NCBI GenBank assembly: GCA_965140705.1
Contig: OZ223302.1
Span: 416,001-480,000 of the forward strand
DNA from: an uncultured Arcobacter sp.
GTDB lineage: Bacteria; Campylobacterota; Campylobacteria; Campylobacterales; Arcobacteraceae
Direction: 5' to 3'
DNA length: 64,000 nt
Shown here piece after piece: positions 1 through 9,975 of the stretch (within the stretch, counting starts at the first letter, position 1; each line of letters begins with the position of its first letter). The notes beneath the pieces were generated by a model. That model ran no database searches. It worked only from the letters and a program-made list of their open reading frames with translations, and was not told the DNA's origin. The position numbers and the translations under genes are program-made.

Positions 1-43
1 ATAGAATTTTTTGGGATTATACCTATTTTATATTAAGTATTAT

Positions 44-922
44 TTAGACATATGTAATAGGTAAATAATAATCTAAAATAAACTTTTCATCATCTTCTAA
101 AAAATGATTCTTTTTATATATTGAATAAGAAGGTGCTGTTTTAGTCTCATATCCACTATTTAATAACCAAGTGTGATAAAGCCATCGCATAAATTTTAAA
201 GTATCTCCATAAAAACCTTCTAAATGAAATTTTGCATATATTCCATCTGGAATTAAAAATGTTGGAAGTGAAGACTTTTCTATTTCCATATCATCTTCTA
301 ATACAATACAAGCTATATATTGACACTTATCAAGAGGTGTAATTACTGGATTGTCGTGGTAAATACCTATTTGTTTATAATTCTTTATATTATTTGTAAG
401 AGTCCAAGTGTAAAGTTTTTGCCAGATATTTTTTATACTATTATCATATCCTTCATGTCTTATATAATAAGCTCTTAGTTTGGGCATTTTTACAATTTTT
501 GCTTCAACTTTAAATTCAGGAATATTTAAATCCAAAGAATCAATAGAATCCTTTAAAATCTCTTTAGAGTACTCTTTATAACCATCTTTTTTCCATTTTT
601 TAGGAGTACAATTAAATCTTTGTTTAAAAGCCCTTATAAAAGAAGTTTGGGAACTATATCCACACATAGAAGCTATTTGAGTAATAGTTGAGTACTTATT
701 TGTAATAAGTAAAGTAGAAGCCTTTTGTAATCTTATTGATTTAATTGCTTCATAAATATTTTTTCCAAACTCTTCTTTAAATATACGATGCATATGAAAT
801 TTACTTATATTTAAATCCATACTTAGGGTATCGATATTTATATCTGTATCAATATATTTGTATATATAATACATAATATAATTAGTGATTTTTGCTCTTT
901 TTTCTAAAGTCTCTTTTTTCAT
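44..922 (-). CDS. AraC-family transcriptional regulator with C-terminal GyrI-like effector domain
   Basis: N-terminal double HTH (SKFHMHRIFK...ITQIASMCGYSSQTSFIRAFKQRFNCTPKKW); GyrI-like C-terminus (GIYHDNPVITPLDKCQY...IPDGIYAKF). Confidence 0.9.
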   Translation of the reverse strand: MKKETLEKRAKITNYIMYYIYKYIDTDINIDTLSMDLNISKFHMHRIFKEEFGKNIYEAIKSIRLQKASTLLITNKYSTITQIASMCGYSSQTSFIRAFKQRFNCTPKKWKKDGYKEYSKEILKDSIDSLDLNIPEFKVEAKIVKMPKLRAYYIRHEGYDNSIKNIWQKLYTWTLTNNIKNYKQIGIYHDNPVITPLDKCQYIACIVLEDDMEIEKSSLPTFLIPDGIYAKFHLEGFYGDTLKFMRWLYHTWLLNSGYETKTAPSYSIYKKNHFLEDDEKFILDYYLPITYV

Positions 923-942
923 AAAAACATTATATTATATTT

Positions 943-970
943 TAGCAAGAATAGATAGTTTTTATAGCAA
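943..970 (+). promoter_or_regulatory. Putative tandem AraC-family binding sites
   Basis: TAGCAA direct repeat at 943 and 965 (22-bp period) between the divergent araC and aminotransferase genes. Confidence 0.4.
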
Positions 971-1028
971 AAAGTGTAAAGAATAAAATTTTAAATTGAT
1001 ATATCATTTCACTAAAAAAGAGGATTAA

Positions 1029-2138
1029 ATGAAACGTTCATTTATAAGAGAGATACTTGAAGCAATAGATGAAGAGACAATATCTTTTGCTGGTGGTTTA
1101 CCAAATGGTTTATTATTCCCAGTTGATGATTTAAAATTATCAGCAAATAACATCCTAAAAAAAAGAGATGTTTGGCAATATAGTTTAAGCAATGGAATTA
1201 AAAGCTTAAGAAAAAAAATTGCAAAACAATACTCTAATGAAGGGTTTGAAACTGATGCTGATAATATACTTATTACTACAGGAAGCCAACAAGCTTTATA
1301 CATCTTAGCAAGATATTTCCAAAATAAATCTATAGTCTTAGAAGATCCCTCTTATTTAGGTGCAATAAATACTTTTAAATTAAATGATTTAAAAATGAAA
1401 AGTGCTCCCTTAGAAAATGATGGTATAGAAATAAAAGCTTTTGAAAAGGTTTATGAAAAATCTAAATTAACTTATTTAATTCCAGATTTTCAAAATCCAT
1501 CAACTAGAACTTATTCTAAACACAAAAGAAAAGAAGTAGCAAAAATTGTTAAAAAATATGATGGTTTAATTATAGAAGATAGCCCTTATACAGAACTATA
1601 TTTTACTGAAAAAAACACAAGCATAAGCTCACTTATTCCAAATAATAGTTTTCATCTAGGTTCTTTTTCAAAAACACTTTGTCCATCACTTAGAATTGGT
1701 TGGATAAGAGCAAATAAAAAATTAATAGATGAACTTTTAGTAATAAAAGAGAGTATTGATTTACATAGTTGTGGTTTATCTCAACATCTTTTAAATGAGT
1801 ATTTAAAAGATACTAAAAAATATGAAAACCACTTAAATATTTTAAGAAAATATTATAAAGAAAAATCAGAATACTTTTGTGAGCAATTAGATAAATATCT
1901 ACCAGAATTTATCTATGAAAAGCCAAAAGGTGGGATGTTTGTATATGGTGAATTTAAAGATGTTGATAGTTTTGAACTTTTAAATAAATGTATGAAAAGA
2001 AAAGTTGTATTTGTACCTGGCTGCGAATTTTATGTAAAAAATAAAAATAAAAATGAGATTAGATTTAATTTTACAAACTCTAGTTTAGAAGATATTACAA
2101 AAGGTATTAAAATAATCGCAGAAGCTCTTAAATCTTAA
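1029..2138 (+). CDS. PLP-dependent aminotransferase class I/II (MocR/ARO8-like, no HTH)
   Basis: ISFAGGLP, ITTGSQQAL, IPDFQNP, IIEDSPY, GSFSKTLCPSLRIGW motifs; AGGA SD upstream. Confidence 0.9.
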   Translation: MKRSFIREILEAIDEETISFAGGLPNGLLFPVDDLKLSANNILKKRDVWQYSLSNGIKSLRKKIAKQYSNEGFETDADNILITTGSQQALYILARYFQNKSIVLEDPSYLGAINTFKLNDLKMKSAPLENDGIEIKAFEKVYEKSKLTYLIPDFQNPSTRTYSKHKRKEVAKIVKKYDGLIIEDSPYTELYFTEKNTSISSLIPNNSFHLGSFSKTLCPSLRIGWIRANKKLIDELLVIKESIDLHSCGLSQHLLNEYLKDTKKYENHLNILRKYYKEKSEYFCEQLDKYLPEFIYEKPKGGMFVYGEFKDVDSFELLNKCMKRKVVFVPGCEFYVKNKNKNEIRFNFTNSSLEDITKGIKIIAEALKS

Positions 2139-2214
2139 TATTTTTATTTGACTTAACATAAAGATATTTTTGATAAAATCATTACTAAAATAAACCTGTG
2201 TGGGGAAAAGTGTA

Positions 2215-2415
2215 ATGACTCTTATTATAAATGGCGAAGAGAAGAACTTTCAGGAGGGAATCTCTTTGCAAGAAATTATTACTTCATTAAACATCGAAGA
2301 TAAAGTTATGGCAGCAGCTGTAAATATGGAAATCGTCAAAAAAAATGAGTGGACAAACTATAAACCAGAAAATGACGATAAATTAGAATTACTACAATTT
2401 GTTGGCGGTGGTTGA
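2215..2415 (+). CDS. thiS: Sulfur carrier protein ThiS
   Basis: 66-aa ubiquitin-like protein, IINGE...AAVNMEIV...LLQFVGGG C-terminus; ATG 2215 preferred over GTG 2200 because a GGGGA SD precedes it. Confidence 0.85.
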   Translation: MTLIINGEEKNFQEGISLQEIITSLNIEDKVMAAAVNMEIVKKNEWTNYKPENDDKLELLQFVGGG

Positions 2416-4499
2416 TGTTAACTTCTGATATAAGCTCTGTTTGTACTTATTGTGGAGTTGGATGTGATATTACTGCCCAAGTTCAAAATAATCAAATATT
2501 AAAAATTTATGCTCAAAATGATGGATATGTAAGTCAAGGTAAACTTTGTATAAAAGGAAAACTTGGCTTTGATTTTGTGGATTCTGACAAAAGAGTAAGA
2601 AACTGTAGAGTAAAAAAAAGTTTTATTGATAATAACTTCTTAGAACTCCCACGGGAATTAAAAGCTAGAGTTAGAACTTTAAAAGAGTTTGATGAAACTT
2701 ATTATGAAGCTCCCTATGAATTTACTACTTCTTTAGCCGCATGGAAATTAACAGAAATAAAACAAAGATATGGAAGACATAGTTTTTGCGGAATGGGAGG
2801 AGCTAGAACTTCCTGTGAAAGTGCCTATATGTTCCAAAAATTTGTAAGAACTGCTATGGATTCACCACATATTGACAACTGTGCTAGAGTTTGTCATTCA
2901 CCTTCACTTAAAGGAATGAGAACAACTATTGGAGAAGGTGCAGCGACTAATCCTTATGATGATGTATATGAAGCAGAAAACATTATAATAATGGGTTCAA
3001 ATACTACAGAAGCTCACCCAATAGTTGCAAATAGAATTATAAAAGCAGCAAGGGACAAAACAGCAGAACTAACTGTAATTGATGTAAGAGAGATCCAAAT
3101 TGGGAAATTTGCCACAAATAGTCTAGTAATACCCTATGAAGCAAACTTAATGGTTCTAAATATGATGGCTTATGTAATACTAAATGAAGAGCTTTATAAT
3201 AGTGAATTTTTAGATACTAGATGTGAGGGTTTTGAAGAGTATAAAAATTCAATATTAAATGATGAATTTGCAAATCCTGAATATATGAAAAACCTAAAAG
3301 GATATGAGCAATTAGCTGAACAAATTCCAGCTATTGCACGAACTTATGCTAGCAAAAAATCTATGTTTTTCTGGGGACTTGGAATTACAGAACACCTTGA
3401 TGGTTCATATGCTGTTATGGCTATTACTCACCTTGCAATGCTTACAGGAAATATTGGAAAAAGTGGAGCTGGTCTTATGCCACTTCGTGGTCAAAATAAT
3501 GTACAAGGAGCCTGTGACGTAGGTTGCTTACCATACTATGATCCTGATTATAAAGAACCAAAAGAAGTGGGTCTTATGACTCCTGATTTAATCGATGAAA
3601 TGATTGCAGGCAATGTAAAAGCCTTATATGTTATGGGTGAAGATGTAGCCCATATTCACCCAAATCAAAATAAAGTACATAAAGCTTTAGATAATTTAGA
3701 AGTTGTAATTTCAAATGAACTTTTTATGAATGAAGTATCAAAATATGCAGATATTGTTTTTGGAGTAAAATCAGCTTATGAAAAAACAGGTGTGTATGTA
3801 AATGCCATGAGAAGATTACACCTTTCTCAACCCTTAGTTGAATCAGACTTACCAGATGATTGGGAAGTTTTAAGGGATATAGAGAATAAAATCAATGGTG
3901 AATTTATATATGAAACTAGTGAAAATGTTTGGGATGAAGTAAGGGATGCAGTTAGTTCTAGATTTAGTGGGGCAACATATCATAAACTATCAAAAAATAG
4001 AAATAGAGGAATGCAATGGCCAATAGGAAAAACTGACACTCCAATTTTACATATAAATGAGTTTAGAACAGAAGATGGAAAAGGTAAATTTGCCTATCAT
4101 AAATATAATTTAAGAGAACAAGTAGAAAAACTACTAAATAAACAAGAGCGTCCAGAAAATGAGTTTTATCTAACCACAGGAAGAACAATAGTTCATTATA
4201 ATAATGCAGCCCAAACAATACATTCAAAATCTTTAAATTCTAGGTATGATACAGATATTATTTTAGCTTCAATAGAAGATAAAGAAAAGTTTCTTAGTGA
4301 GAAAGTAATACTAAAAACCCAACATGGAGAGACTAATCCTATGCCTATTAAATTTGTAAAGACAATTAAAAAAGGAACACTCTTTACAACTTTTCATCAT
4401 GTTAATTCAAAAGTAAATTACCTTTTTGGAGATGAAGCTGATGAGTTAATTAAAACTGCTAGATTTAAATCAGTAAAAGTTAATGTCTACTCAGCATAA
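2415..4499 (+). CDS. Molybdopterin oxidoreductase, formate dehydrogenase H alpha-like (Cys-ligated, cytoplasmic)
   Basis: CTYCGVGC..LCIKG 4Fe-4S motif, DNCARVCHSPS active site, PLRGQNNVQG, LTTGR..HYN; no Tat signal; TGATG overlap with thiS. Confidence 0.85.
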   Translation: MLTSDISSVCTYCGVGCDITAQVQNNQILKIYAQNDGYVSQGKLCIKGKLGFDFVDSDKRVRNCRVKKSFIDNNFLELPRELKARVRTLKEFDETYYEAPYEFTTSLAAWKLTEIKQRYGRHSFCGMGGARTSCESAYMFQKFVRTAMDSPHIDNCARVCHSPSLKGMRTTIGEGAATNPYDDVYEAENIIIMGSNTTEAHPIVANRIIKAARDKTAELTVIDVREIQIGKFATNSLVIPYEANLMVLNMMAYVILNEELYNSEFLDTRCEGFEEYKNSILNDEFANPEYMKNLKGYEQLAEQIPAIARTYASKKSMFFWGLGITEHLDGSYAVMAITHLAMLTGNIGKSGAGLMPLRGQNNVQGACDVGCLPYYDPDYKEPKEVGLMTPDLIDEMIAGNVKALYVMGEDVAHIHPNQNKVHKALDNLEVVISNELFMNEVSKYADIVFGVKSAYEKTGVYVNAMRRLHLSQPLVESDLPDDWEVLRDIENKINGEFIYETSENVWDEVRDAVSSRFSGATYHKLSKNRNRGMQWPIGKTDTPILHINEFRTEDGKGKFAYHKYNLREQVEKLLNKQERPENEFYLTTGRTIVHYNNAAQTIHSKSLNSRYDTDIILASIEDKEKFLSEKVILKTQHGETNPMPIKFVKTIKKGTLFTTFHHVNSKVNYLFGDEADELIKTARFKSVKVNVYSA

Positions 4500-4818
4500 A
4501 GGTAAATATGCAGAAACAAAAGCTTGTGAGTACTTGAACTCACAAGGCTTTAAAATAGTTGAGCAAAACTTTTTTGCAAAAAAAATAGGTGAGATTGATA
4601 TTATTGCTTCAAAAGATGAAACTTATCATTTTGTGGAAGTAAAATCTGGACTTGAATATGAAGCAGCTGTAAATAATATCACTAAATCAAAATTATCAAA
4701 AATAAAAAGAAGTGCTGAGTATTATTTGCAAACCAAAAAACTAAATGTTGCCTTTTGTATAGATGCAATTATTATCGTAAATGAAGAGCTAGAGTTTTTA
4801 GAAAATATAACTCTATAA
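4483..4818 (+). CDS. yraN: YraN family (UPF0102) endonuclease-like protein
   Basis: KGKYAETKACEYL...GEIDIIA...FVEVK motif. Confidence 0.9.
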   Translation: MSTQHKGKYAETKACEYLNSQGFKIVEQNFFAKKIGEIDIIASKDETYHFVEVKSGLEYEAAVNNITKSKLSKIKRSAEYYLQTKKLNVAFCIDAIIIVNEELEFLENITL

Positions 4819-6225
4819 ATCTTCATCCCTATTTCTAGCTCTTTGTTCTTTTAATTTTCTATAAATAAGTTTTCCTATTTTTGCTATATTTTCAAAGAAC
4901 TTAGTTGTATAAGTGGCATGGGTATTATTAATCTCTTCTCCTAGATTTACATCTAGTGCTTCTGATTTTTTCATGGCTAAAAGTTGAGAAGGGAATACAC
5001 TTCTATGTCCTGTCATCAAAAAGGCAATAATAATTGATAAAGCTGCATAATGGGCAACATTCATACCAAAAAGTTCAACTGCCATAATCATAGCTGCAAT
5101 TGGAGCACTAGTAGCACCTGCTAGAACACTCACAAAACCTAATGCTGCAAATAGTGGAATATATCCATCAACTAACCAACCAAAGAAATTTCCACTTGTA
5201 GCCCCTATATAAAATACAGGAGTAATAACTCCTCCACTTCCACCAAAACCTAAAGTAAGTGCAGTAAAAATAGTTTTAAAAATAAAAGCATACCAAGGTA
5301 CATTTTCATGAAGTTCAAAACTTGAAGATAGGGCACTTTTAATGGTTTCAAATCCTAGCCCTAAGTAATCAGTTCCAAAAATCATTGTAAGAATTACAAT
5401 TACAACCCCACCTAAAAAAGCTTTTAACATATAATTCATTTTTAAATTATTTGCAAATTTTTCAACAACTTCCATAGTAGTAATAATAAAATCTGCAACT
5501 AAACCAAAAAAGATACCACCAATTAAAATTTTAGCAATTAGTGCATAATTAAAATCAAATACCGTATAAAAAGCTATATCAAAATATGTGTAACTAATAC
5601 CAAATAACATTTTTGCCACAAAAAAAGCAGAAAATCCAGCAACAATAGATGGAAGTAAAATATCATACATCAAAGCACCGACAATTAATATCTCAACACC
5701 AAATATTGCACCAGCTAATGGAGTTCCAAATACAGAGGCAAAACCAGCACTAATACCACAAATAACCATCTTCTTTTTATCTCGTCTTGAGAACTTAAAT
5801 AAATTTGCTATAAAAGAAGCAGCAGCAGCACCTATTTGTGCACCTGGTCCCTCTTTACCAACTGAACCACCTGCAAATATAGTTAATACAGTTGCAAATA
5901 ATTTTACTGGTATTACTTTTATATCCATTTCACCAGATCTTTTATGCACAGCTTCAATAACTTTTTCTGTTCCATGACCTTGTGCTGTTGGTGCAAATTT
6001 TTTTATTAAAAATACAGTAAGAACAAGGGCAAAGGGTAAGGTGTAATAATAATTAAAAGGAAGTAGCTCTCTTGAGTTTTCACAATATTCTAAAAGCTTT
6101 AAAAATAAAGAGACAATTGCACCAACAAGTGCACCAATTAAAGAAGAAATCAATATCCATTTTGTGATACTTGCGAACATTACTGTTTGTTCAGCAAGGT
6201 GTTTGTTTAAGTTTTTATTTGTCAT
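4813..6225 (-). CDS. CLC (EriC) family anion channel/antiporter
   Basis: GSVGKEGP, GISAGFASVFGTPLAGAIF, GGSGGVITP motifs; many TM helices. Confidence 0.9.
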   Translation of the reverse strand: MTNKNLNKHLAEQTVMFASITKWILISSLIGALVGAIVSLFLKLLEYCENSRELLPFNYYYTLPFALVLTVFLIKKFAPTAQGHGTEKVIEAVHKRSGEMDIKVIPVKLFATVLTIFAGGSVGKEGPGAQIGAAAASFIANLFKFSRRDKKKMVICGISAGFASVFGTPLAGAIFGVEILIVGALMYDILLPSIVAGFSAFFVAKMLFGISYTYFDIAFYTVFDFNYALIAKILIGGIFFGLVADFIITTMEVVEKFANNLKMNYMLKAFLGGVVIVILTMIFGTDYLGLGFETIKSALSSSFELHENVPWYAFIFKTIFTALTLGFGGSGGVITPVFYIGATSGNFFGWLVDGYIPLFAALGFVSVLAGATSAPIAAMIMAVELFGMNVAHYAALSIIIAFLMTGHRSVFPSQLLAMKKSEALDVNLGEEINNTHATYTTKFFENIAKIGKLIYRKLKEQRARNRDEDL

Positions 6226-6318
6226 GCTAGCTACTTTAAAAAAGTGTTTTATTAGTAAGCGATTATATCAGAAAAAAAATAATATTTAGTTTGAATAAAC
6301 CCTAAAAACCAAAGATTT

Positions 6319-6996
6319 TTAAGATTTTATATTTTCCAAATATTGATCAATTGTTTTAAACTCTTCTATGCCTTTTGGCTCTATTTTTAAAATGTCAGCC
6401 ATTGACTTTACACCCATTGATAATAGGTATTGTAAATTTGTATCAAAAGTAGCTTCTTCTATTACTAAAATTTTATCTTTATGAACCTCAAACATAAATC
6501 CACCATTTGGAATTGGGGTCATAGAAAGTGTAACAGTATAGTGATCTTTAACAATACTCTCATTTGTAGAGTACATAAGTCCAATATTATAATCTTCTTT
6601 AGAAAATCCTCTTATTAGAACAACTAGTACTTTCTTTTCCCCAGATTTTGAAGTATTGAATATATTTATAAGCTCTTTTACTGTCTCATACCCAGGTATC
6701 TTAGAGTAGATTTTTTGAACAAAGTCTCCAAGTCTTGTCTCTACAAAAATTCCAACAATATATGCAATAAAAAGTAATAAACAAACTCCAACAATAGTCC
6801 AAATAAAAGGGAAATGTTCTGGATTTATCCCAATAGTTTTAAATAAATATCCTGTTATTGAATCTATTTTTCCATATATCCAGTTAATAATAACAGTAAT
6901 GGCAACAATTGGAGCTAACCAAAAAAGACCTTTTACTATTATTTCAAAAATATGATTTTTACCATGACTTAAAAAATCTCTTAACTTATTTAACAT
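6319..6996 (-). CDS. DUF502 family membrane protein
   Basis: GLFWLAPIVAIT, KIPGYETVKEL, MTPIPNGGF, LLSMG motifs; ATG 6996 fits the AAGGA SD. Confidence 0.75.
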   Translation of the reverse strand: MLNKLRDFLSHGKNHIFEIIVKGLFWLAPIVAITVIINWIYGKIDSITGYLFKTIGINPEHFPFIWTIVGVCLLLFIAYIVGIFVETRLGDFVQKIYSKIPGYETVKELINIFNTSKSGEKKVLVVLIRGFSKEDYNIGLMYSTNESIVKDHYTVTLSMTPIPNGGFMFEVHKDKILVIEEATFDTNLQYLLSMGVKSMADILKIEPKGIEEFKTIDQYLENIKS

Positions 6997-7084
6997 ATTC
7001 ATCCTTTAAAAAATTATATCATTATTTGGATATTTTATATACAAATAATTTTTCTATTATTTAATTTTTTTGATAATATATCAT

Positions 7085-8689
7085 ATGGAATCAATACTAT
7101 TTATTTTATTTATATCATTATCAATTTCGACTATTTTAAATATCATATTTAAAAAACTATCAGTATCACATATTTTAGGATATATCATAACTGGTACGCT
7201 AATAAGTACCTTATTTAATTTTAATGGTGAAGAAGATCTTGATGCTTTAAATCTAATTGCCGAATTCGGTATAGTTTTTTTAATGTTCTCAATAGGATTA
7301 GAAATGCCTATAGAAAAACTAAAAAGAATGAAAAATGCTCTGATTTTTGATGGTTTATCACAAGTATTTATTAGTGCAATTATTATATTTCTTATTTCTA
7401 AATTTGTCTTTTCAATTGATACAAATTCATCTTTAATAATTTCACTTGCATTTTCACTATCTTCAACTGCCATTGTTTTGACTTATTTAAAACAATCAAA
7501 AGATATATATACACCCTATGGACAAAGGGCAACTGCAATTTTGATATTTCAAGATTTAGCAGTAATTCCAATACTCTTACTTATTAGTTTTTTATCAAAT
7601 GACACCTTAAGTTTGCAAGAAGTACTTTTAAAAACAGTAGTTTCAGCTGTTGGAATTATAGCTTTTATGTTTATTATTGGGAAAAAACTTATTTCATTGC
7701 TTTTGAGACTTTCAACTCAAACAAAACTTGAAGAGTTATTTTTAGCTTCTGTTTTATCAATAGTAATTGGAACTTCTATTTTAGCCCATAGTTTAGGATT
7801 TACATACTCTCTTGGTGCTTTTATTGCTGGTATGATTATTGCTGATAGTTCTTTTCATGTAAAGGTTGAATCGGATATTTCATCTTATAAAGATTTACTT
7901 TTGGGTACGTTTTTCTTTTCAGTTGGGACAAAAATAGATGTTGGTTTTTTACTTTCAAATATCCATTATGTCTTATTAATCTTTTTAGGTGTTATGGCTA
8001 TAAAGGCTTCTGTAATTTATTTTATTATTAAGTTCAAAGAGAATAAAAGTGACTCGGTAAAATCAGCAATTGCCCTTTGTCAAGTGGGAGAGTTCTCTTT
8101 CGCAGTTTTCGCCCTTGCTGCAACTAATAATATTTTATCAGAAGAGTTAAGTAAATTTTTGATTTTGGTTACTGTCTTATCTATGATAATTACACCTTTT
8201 ATTGTAAATAATATCTATAAATTAGCTTCTTATTTTGTAGTTGAATTTTATGAATCTGATAAGATTACACCTATTGATCAAAGAAACCATACTATTGTTT
8301 GTGGATACTCTATGCTTGGAAGAATGATTGCAAATACTTTAGAAGAAAAAAAAGTACCTTTTGTAATTATCTCAGATGACTTAAGACACGTTTTACTTGC
8401 TAGAAAAAGGGGCTTTAAAGCATACTTTGGACACTTAGATAAACTTCCAGTATTGGAATCATTAAAAGCTGATGAAACTTCAAGTATCATAATAACACTT
8501 GATAATATAAATAAAATAAGTCTTATTTGTACTGCTGTATTATCATTTTATAAAGATGCAAATTTAGTTGTAAAAGTCGATAGTATAGAAGAGAAAAAAA
8601 TGCTAAAAGAGTTAAATATCAAGAAATTTGTATATGCTTATCAAGAGGTTGCTGAACTGCTTGTAAAAGAGAGTTTGGAGTTTCAATAA
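7085..8689 (+). CDS. CPA2 cation:proton antiporter (KefB/KefC-like) with TrkA-N domain
   Basis: AEFGIVFLMFSIGLE, SLSSTAIV, LIFQDLAVIP, QVGEFSF; C-terminal IVCGYSMLG. Confidence 0.9.
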   Translation: MESILFILFISLSISTILNIIFKKLSVSHILGYIITGTLISTLFNFNGEEDLDALNLIAEFGIVFLMFSIGLEMPIEKLKRMKNALIFDGLSQVFISAIIIFLISKFVFSIDTNSSLIISLAFSLSSTAIVLTYLKQSKDIYTPYGQRATAILIFQDLAVIPILLLISFLSNDTLSLQEVLLKTVVSAVGIIAFMFIIGKKLISLLLRLSTQTKLEELFLASVLSIVIGTSILAHSLGFTYSLGAFIAGMIIADSSFHVKVESDISSYKDLLLGTFFFSVGTKIDVGFLLSNIHYVLLIFLGVMAIKASVIYFIIKFKENKSDSVKSAIALCQVGEFSFAVFALAATNNILSEELSKFLILVTVLSMIITPFIVNNIYKLASYFVVEFYESDKITPIDQRNHTIVCGYSMLGRMIANTLEEKKVPFVIISDDLRHVLLARKRGFKAYFGHLDKLPVLESLKADETSSIIITLDNINKISLICTAVLSFYKDANLVVKVDSIEEKKMLKELNIKKFVYAYQEVAELLVKESLEFQ

Positions 8690-8873
8690 ACAACCTTTAA
8701 TATTTGACTATTTTGGTGAATGTCAATTATAAAGATTGTAAATTTAAGACTTGTATATAAAAAATTAATATTGAATATTAACTTATAAAAATAGCAAAAG
8801 CATAGCTAAAAGGCTTAAATCGTATTTAATGAATAATTAACTATAATCTCTAACTAAATTTAGGGAGATTCTT

Positions 8874-9962
8874 TTGTACGAAAAAGAACTTAATGCTATA
8901 AAAAAATCTAACTTATATAGACAAAGAAAGATCTTTGATGAAAATCTAATAGATTTAGCTTCAAATGACTACTTAGGTCTTGCAGGCAATGAAACACTTT
9001 TCAAAAATGCCTATGAAAATGTATTAAAACAAAAATACAGATCCCCAAAAGCTTCAATCTTAGTAAATGGATATAGTCCTATTCACAAAAAATTTGAAGA
9101 TGATTTAAAAAAAGCAAATAAATTTGAAGAAGCTTTAGTAGTGGGAAGTGGATTTTTAGCAAATGTCTCAATGATAGAAGCATTAGTTCGAAAAGGTGAT
9201 ACACTTTTTATTGATGAAGAATATCATGCAAGTGGAATACTTGCTACAAAACTATTAAAAAAAGAGCAAGTAATTCTTTTTTCACATAATGATTACCAAG
9301 ATTTAGAAAATAAAATTAAAAATAAAGAAACTAAAGGTAGATTTATTATTGCTATTGAAGGTGTTTATTCAATGAGTGGGAATATTGCCCATAAAGAGTT
9401 CTTCGATATATCAAATAAATATAAGGCTTTATTAATAGTTGATGAAGCACATAGTTCAGGTATTATTGGAGATAATCTTTTAGGAATATTTGATTATTAC
9501 AATATCAAACCACAAAAAAATCATATAAAAATGGGAACTCTTGGAAAAGCTTATGGAAGCTATGGAGCATATATTTTATCATCAAAAAATATAATTGATT
9601 TTTTAATAAATAGAGCAAAAGCTGTTATTTATACAACTGCTCCCTCACTATTTGATATTGCCTTAGCTAATGAATCTTTGAAATATATATTAACAAATAC
9701 AAATGAAATAAAAACAAAAATTAAAGATAGACAAAAAGTTGTAAAAGATGAGCTAGGCATTGATGCTAAATCTTTAATTATAGCTTATGAAATTGGTGAA
9801 AACAAAAAAGTTTTAGAAATACAAAAAAAAGTTTTAGAAAAGGGCTATATAGTAGGTGCTATTAGGCAACCAACAGTAAAAAGTGCTATTATTAGAGTTA
9901 TTCCTAAAATTGATGTTTCAATAAATGATTTACAAAAAGTTTGTAAACTAATTAAAAAATAA
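8874..9962 (+). CDS. bioF: 8-amino-7-oxononanoate synthase
   Basis: DLASNDYLGL, SGFLAN, HAS, VDEAHS, GTLGKAYGSYG, AIRQPTV; TTG start with GGGAG SD. Confidence 0.85.
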   Translation: MYEKELNAIKKSNLYRQRKIFDENLIDLASNDYLGLAGNETLFKNAYENVLKQKYRSPKASILVNGYSPIHKKFEDDLKKANKFEEALVVGSGFLANVSMIEALVRKGDTLFIDEEYHASGILATKLLKKEQVILFSHNDYQDLENKIKNKETKGRFIIAIEGVYSMSGNIAHKEFFDISNKYKALLIVDEAHSSGIIGDNLLGIFDYYNIKPQKNHIKMGTLGKAYGSYGAYILSSKNIIDFLINRAKAVIYTTAPSLFDIALANESLKYILTNTNEIKTKIKDRQKVVKDELGIDAKSLIIAYEIGENKKVLEIQKKVLEKGYIVGAIRQPTVKSAIIRVIPKIDVSINDLQKVCKLIKK

Positions 9963-9975
9963 CCGAGAGGAAATT

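Noticed and set aside
2139..2214. TPP riboswitch upstream of thiS
   Set aside because: The spacer is short and AT-rich, with no CTGAGA or related TPP core motif.
2880..2900. Possible selenocysteine recoding in the FDH-like gene
   Set aside because: The active-site codon is TGT (Cys, 2892-2894) and the ORF has no in-frame TGA.
6226..6318. Fluoride riboswitch upstream of the CLC gene
   Set aside because: No GGCGATGG-like core on the minus strand, and the protein lacks CLC-F signature motifs.
8690..8873. BirA operator or small RNA upstream of bioF (TTGAC-N13-GTCAA at 8704-8726; TTAATATT-G-AATATTAA at 8765-8781)
   Set aside because: The arms are short or A/T-only, do not match the BirA consensus, and are expected by chance at this AT content.
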